From: Raillietiella orientalis
Lineage: Eukaryota
DNA length: 64,000 bases
Assembly: GCA_036172245.1 (NCBI GenBank)
Contig: JAYWIR010000001.1
Span: 9,238,001-9,302,000 of the forward strand
Direction: 5' to 3'
This document shows positions 62,321 to 64,000 of the stretch, in pieces. The first letter of the stretch is position 1, and every line of letters starts with the position of its first letter. Both the position numbers and the translations under genes were made by a program. The notes under the pieces are model-generated. The model was given only the letters and a program-made list of their open reading frames with translations. It was not told where the DNA came from and did no database searches.

Positions 62321-63549
62321 CCTCTTCTGCAATCCCCTTTCTTGTGCTGCCTTCCAAACACTGGTGTTCTCTTTAATTCACTACTCACTGAATTGTGTTC
62401 CGCGCCAAGCAAACGGAATACCAAGGTTTAGGAGGAACCAACGCGTTCACGCCGGGGTCAAACTTCATAGTGTCGCGGTGGGGCGGCTCAGTTATTTATT
62501 GGTTTTCCTCATCCTCGGATGGGGCCGATTTGGATAAAAAATCACATGATGTTATGCGGCTCACCTATTTATTCTTTTTTGTTAATGTAAGATGATCAAA
62601 ACAAAAGCATTCCTTGTCGTTTTTGTTCATTTATAGACTTTTTACTGATTTTATTTAAAAAAAAAGATCGGTAACACGTTCACGACGGGTTGTACCACTG
62701 GTGGTACATACCGTCTTATGAGATACCATTCATGCACCACTGGTGGTACATCCCATCCAATTTCACTCGGATTGCTGTTTCTTCCCGTTTTGCTCTGTTC
62801 TGTGTTTTTTTGGATTGTCACTCCATAAATGCTACGAGGGACATAAAAGTAGGACTGAATACGAAATCAGGGACTGGTGATGAGATGTTCCTACCACCAC
62901 CACCACCACCAAGTTGCAATCGCACTGCGCGCGTCCGTTGCTTTCGAATTCGCGCAGAATTCATTCTCGGAAACAAACAGATTTGCAGATGATGGAGTTT
63001 CCGTCCGAGCAAACCAACTGGAGGAAGTCAATCCAGTGCTCAAAGCAGGATCAAACGTTCAGGAACCACTGGATCAAGCATGTGGGAAACAACGTCGTTT
63101 GCTCGTAGCGATTTCAAGTCTTCAGTGCTTCAAAGTCCCATGCAAGGGTCCTCTGCGTGCATCATAGCCCTTGAAAGTGAAATCGACTTCACCCCATGAA
63201 ATAGGACCTGCAAGATGCTAGTGGAACGAACAAGTCATGCTTTTTGTCGATTTGTTTTGCCAAGATTCATTGGCTTGGTTAACTGGCTGGGGTACAATCT
63301 CAACCAATTAACAGAATGTTCGTCCCACTCCTTCCCCCCGTGTTACACTCGTCTCATTTTCAGCAACGCTCAGAATCCCCCAAGACATGCTGGAGCACAA
63401 ATTGCTGAAAATGAATGCGGAAACAGTCCCCAAAAGAATGATAACAAATACAAAACGAACTATTCGATCTGCGAAAATGAATGCACTGCTGATGATCATT
63501 AAAGCGATGATGAACGCGTAGTCAAGCTCTAATGCGTCGTTCCTTGCAG

Positions 63550-63771
63550 GTGGAGAGGACCGAGGTCAATGGAATCGTAGTCTTGGTCTCCAGAGAATGC
63601 AGCGACGTGTGCTATTTTGGCTGCCGAAATCAAGGATTCGGAATCAAGACAGAACGCTGCACCTTGTGTTGTAATGAGACGCTCTGCAATGGAGTTTATC
63701 CTGCTTCCCGTGTTTCTGCAAATAATCCGAACACGCTAATCCTACTGGCAATTTTCCTAAGTCTGTATTAA
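63550..63771 (+). CDS. Terminal exon of a Ly6/uPAR three-finger (quiver-like) protein, probably GPI-anchored
   Basis: Acceptor tccttgcag at 63549. The exon encodes VSRECSDVCYFGC...RCTLCCNETLCN (the CCxxxxCN LU-domain ending), then a spacer and a hydrophobic C-terminus (LILLAIFLSLY*). AATAAA at 63798. Upstream exons not located. Confidence 0.8.
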   Translation: MERTEVNGIVVLVSRECSDVCYFGCRNQGFGIKTERCTLCCNETLCNGVYPASRVSANNPNTLILLAIFLSLY

Positions 63772-64000
63772 ATCGGTTTCAAACGATTCTTACGATGAAT
63801 AAAAGATTGAGAGAGGGGGAGGAAAAATCGAAGAGTCATTTTCGGTACTACTACTCTTTCTACAAAAGTGTCGACCCATGAACAAATCATCTAAGATTTT
63901 TAGAAATACAAGCTTAATGGGGAACCGATTGACTCATCTATATGAAGGTGGGAAGGAAGAACTGGGGAAAAAACAAACAAACTCAGGTTTGCATTTAGGT

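Noticed and set aside
1..64000. CRISPR arrays, operons, prokaryotic or viral systems
   Set aside because: Spliceosomal gene structure throughout; no repeat-spacer array or intact intronless foreign gene seen.

Overview
Eukaryotic genomic DNA, very probably from an arthropod; many introns are tiny (42-57 nt) GT-AG introns. Three multi-exon genes can be spliced by hand: (1) a Cad96Cb-like cadherin (+, 5842-21065, last exon tentatively to 21451); (2) nuclear pore glycoprotein gp210/Nup210 (-, 41340-23471, about 29 exons); (3) fizzy-related/Cdh1 APC/C activator (+, 44324-49312, 10 exons), head-to-head with Nup210. A terminal exon of a Ly6/three-finger protein lies at 63550-63771. Non-genic content includes five diverged copies of a 450-720 bp SINE-like element with a tRNA-like head and two B-boxes, a 280 bp near-perfect inverted repeat in Nup210 intron 1, a hAT-like MITE, direct repeats and decayed retroelement relics. 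The most striking pattern is compositional: a ~7 kb GC spike (about 7.8-14.9 kb), bracketed by SINE copies, covers only the middle exons of the cadherin, while the Nup210 and fzr gene bodies are AT-rich and CpG-poor. Most ORFs in the supplied track are spurious. All homology calls are from memory of family motifs; no searches were run.
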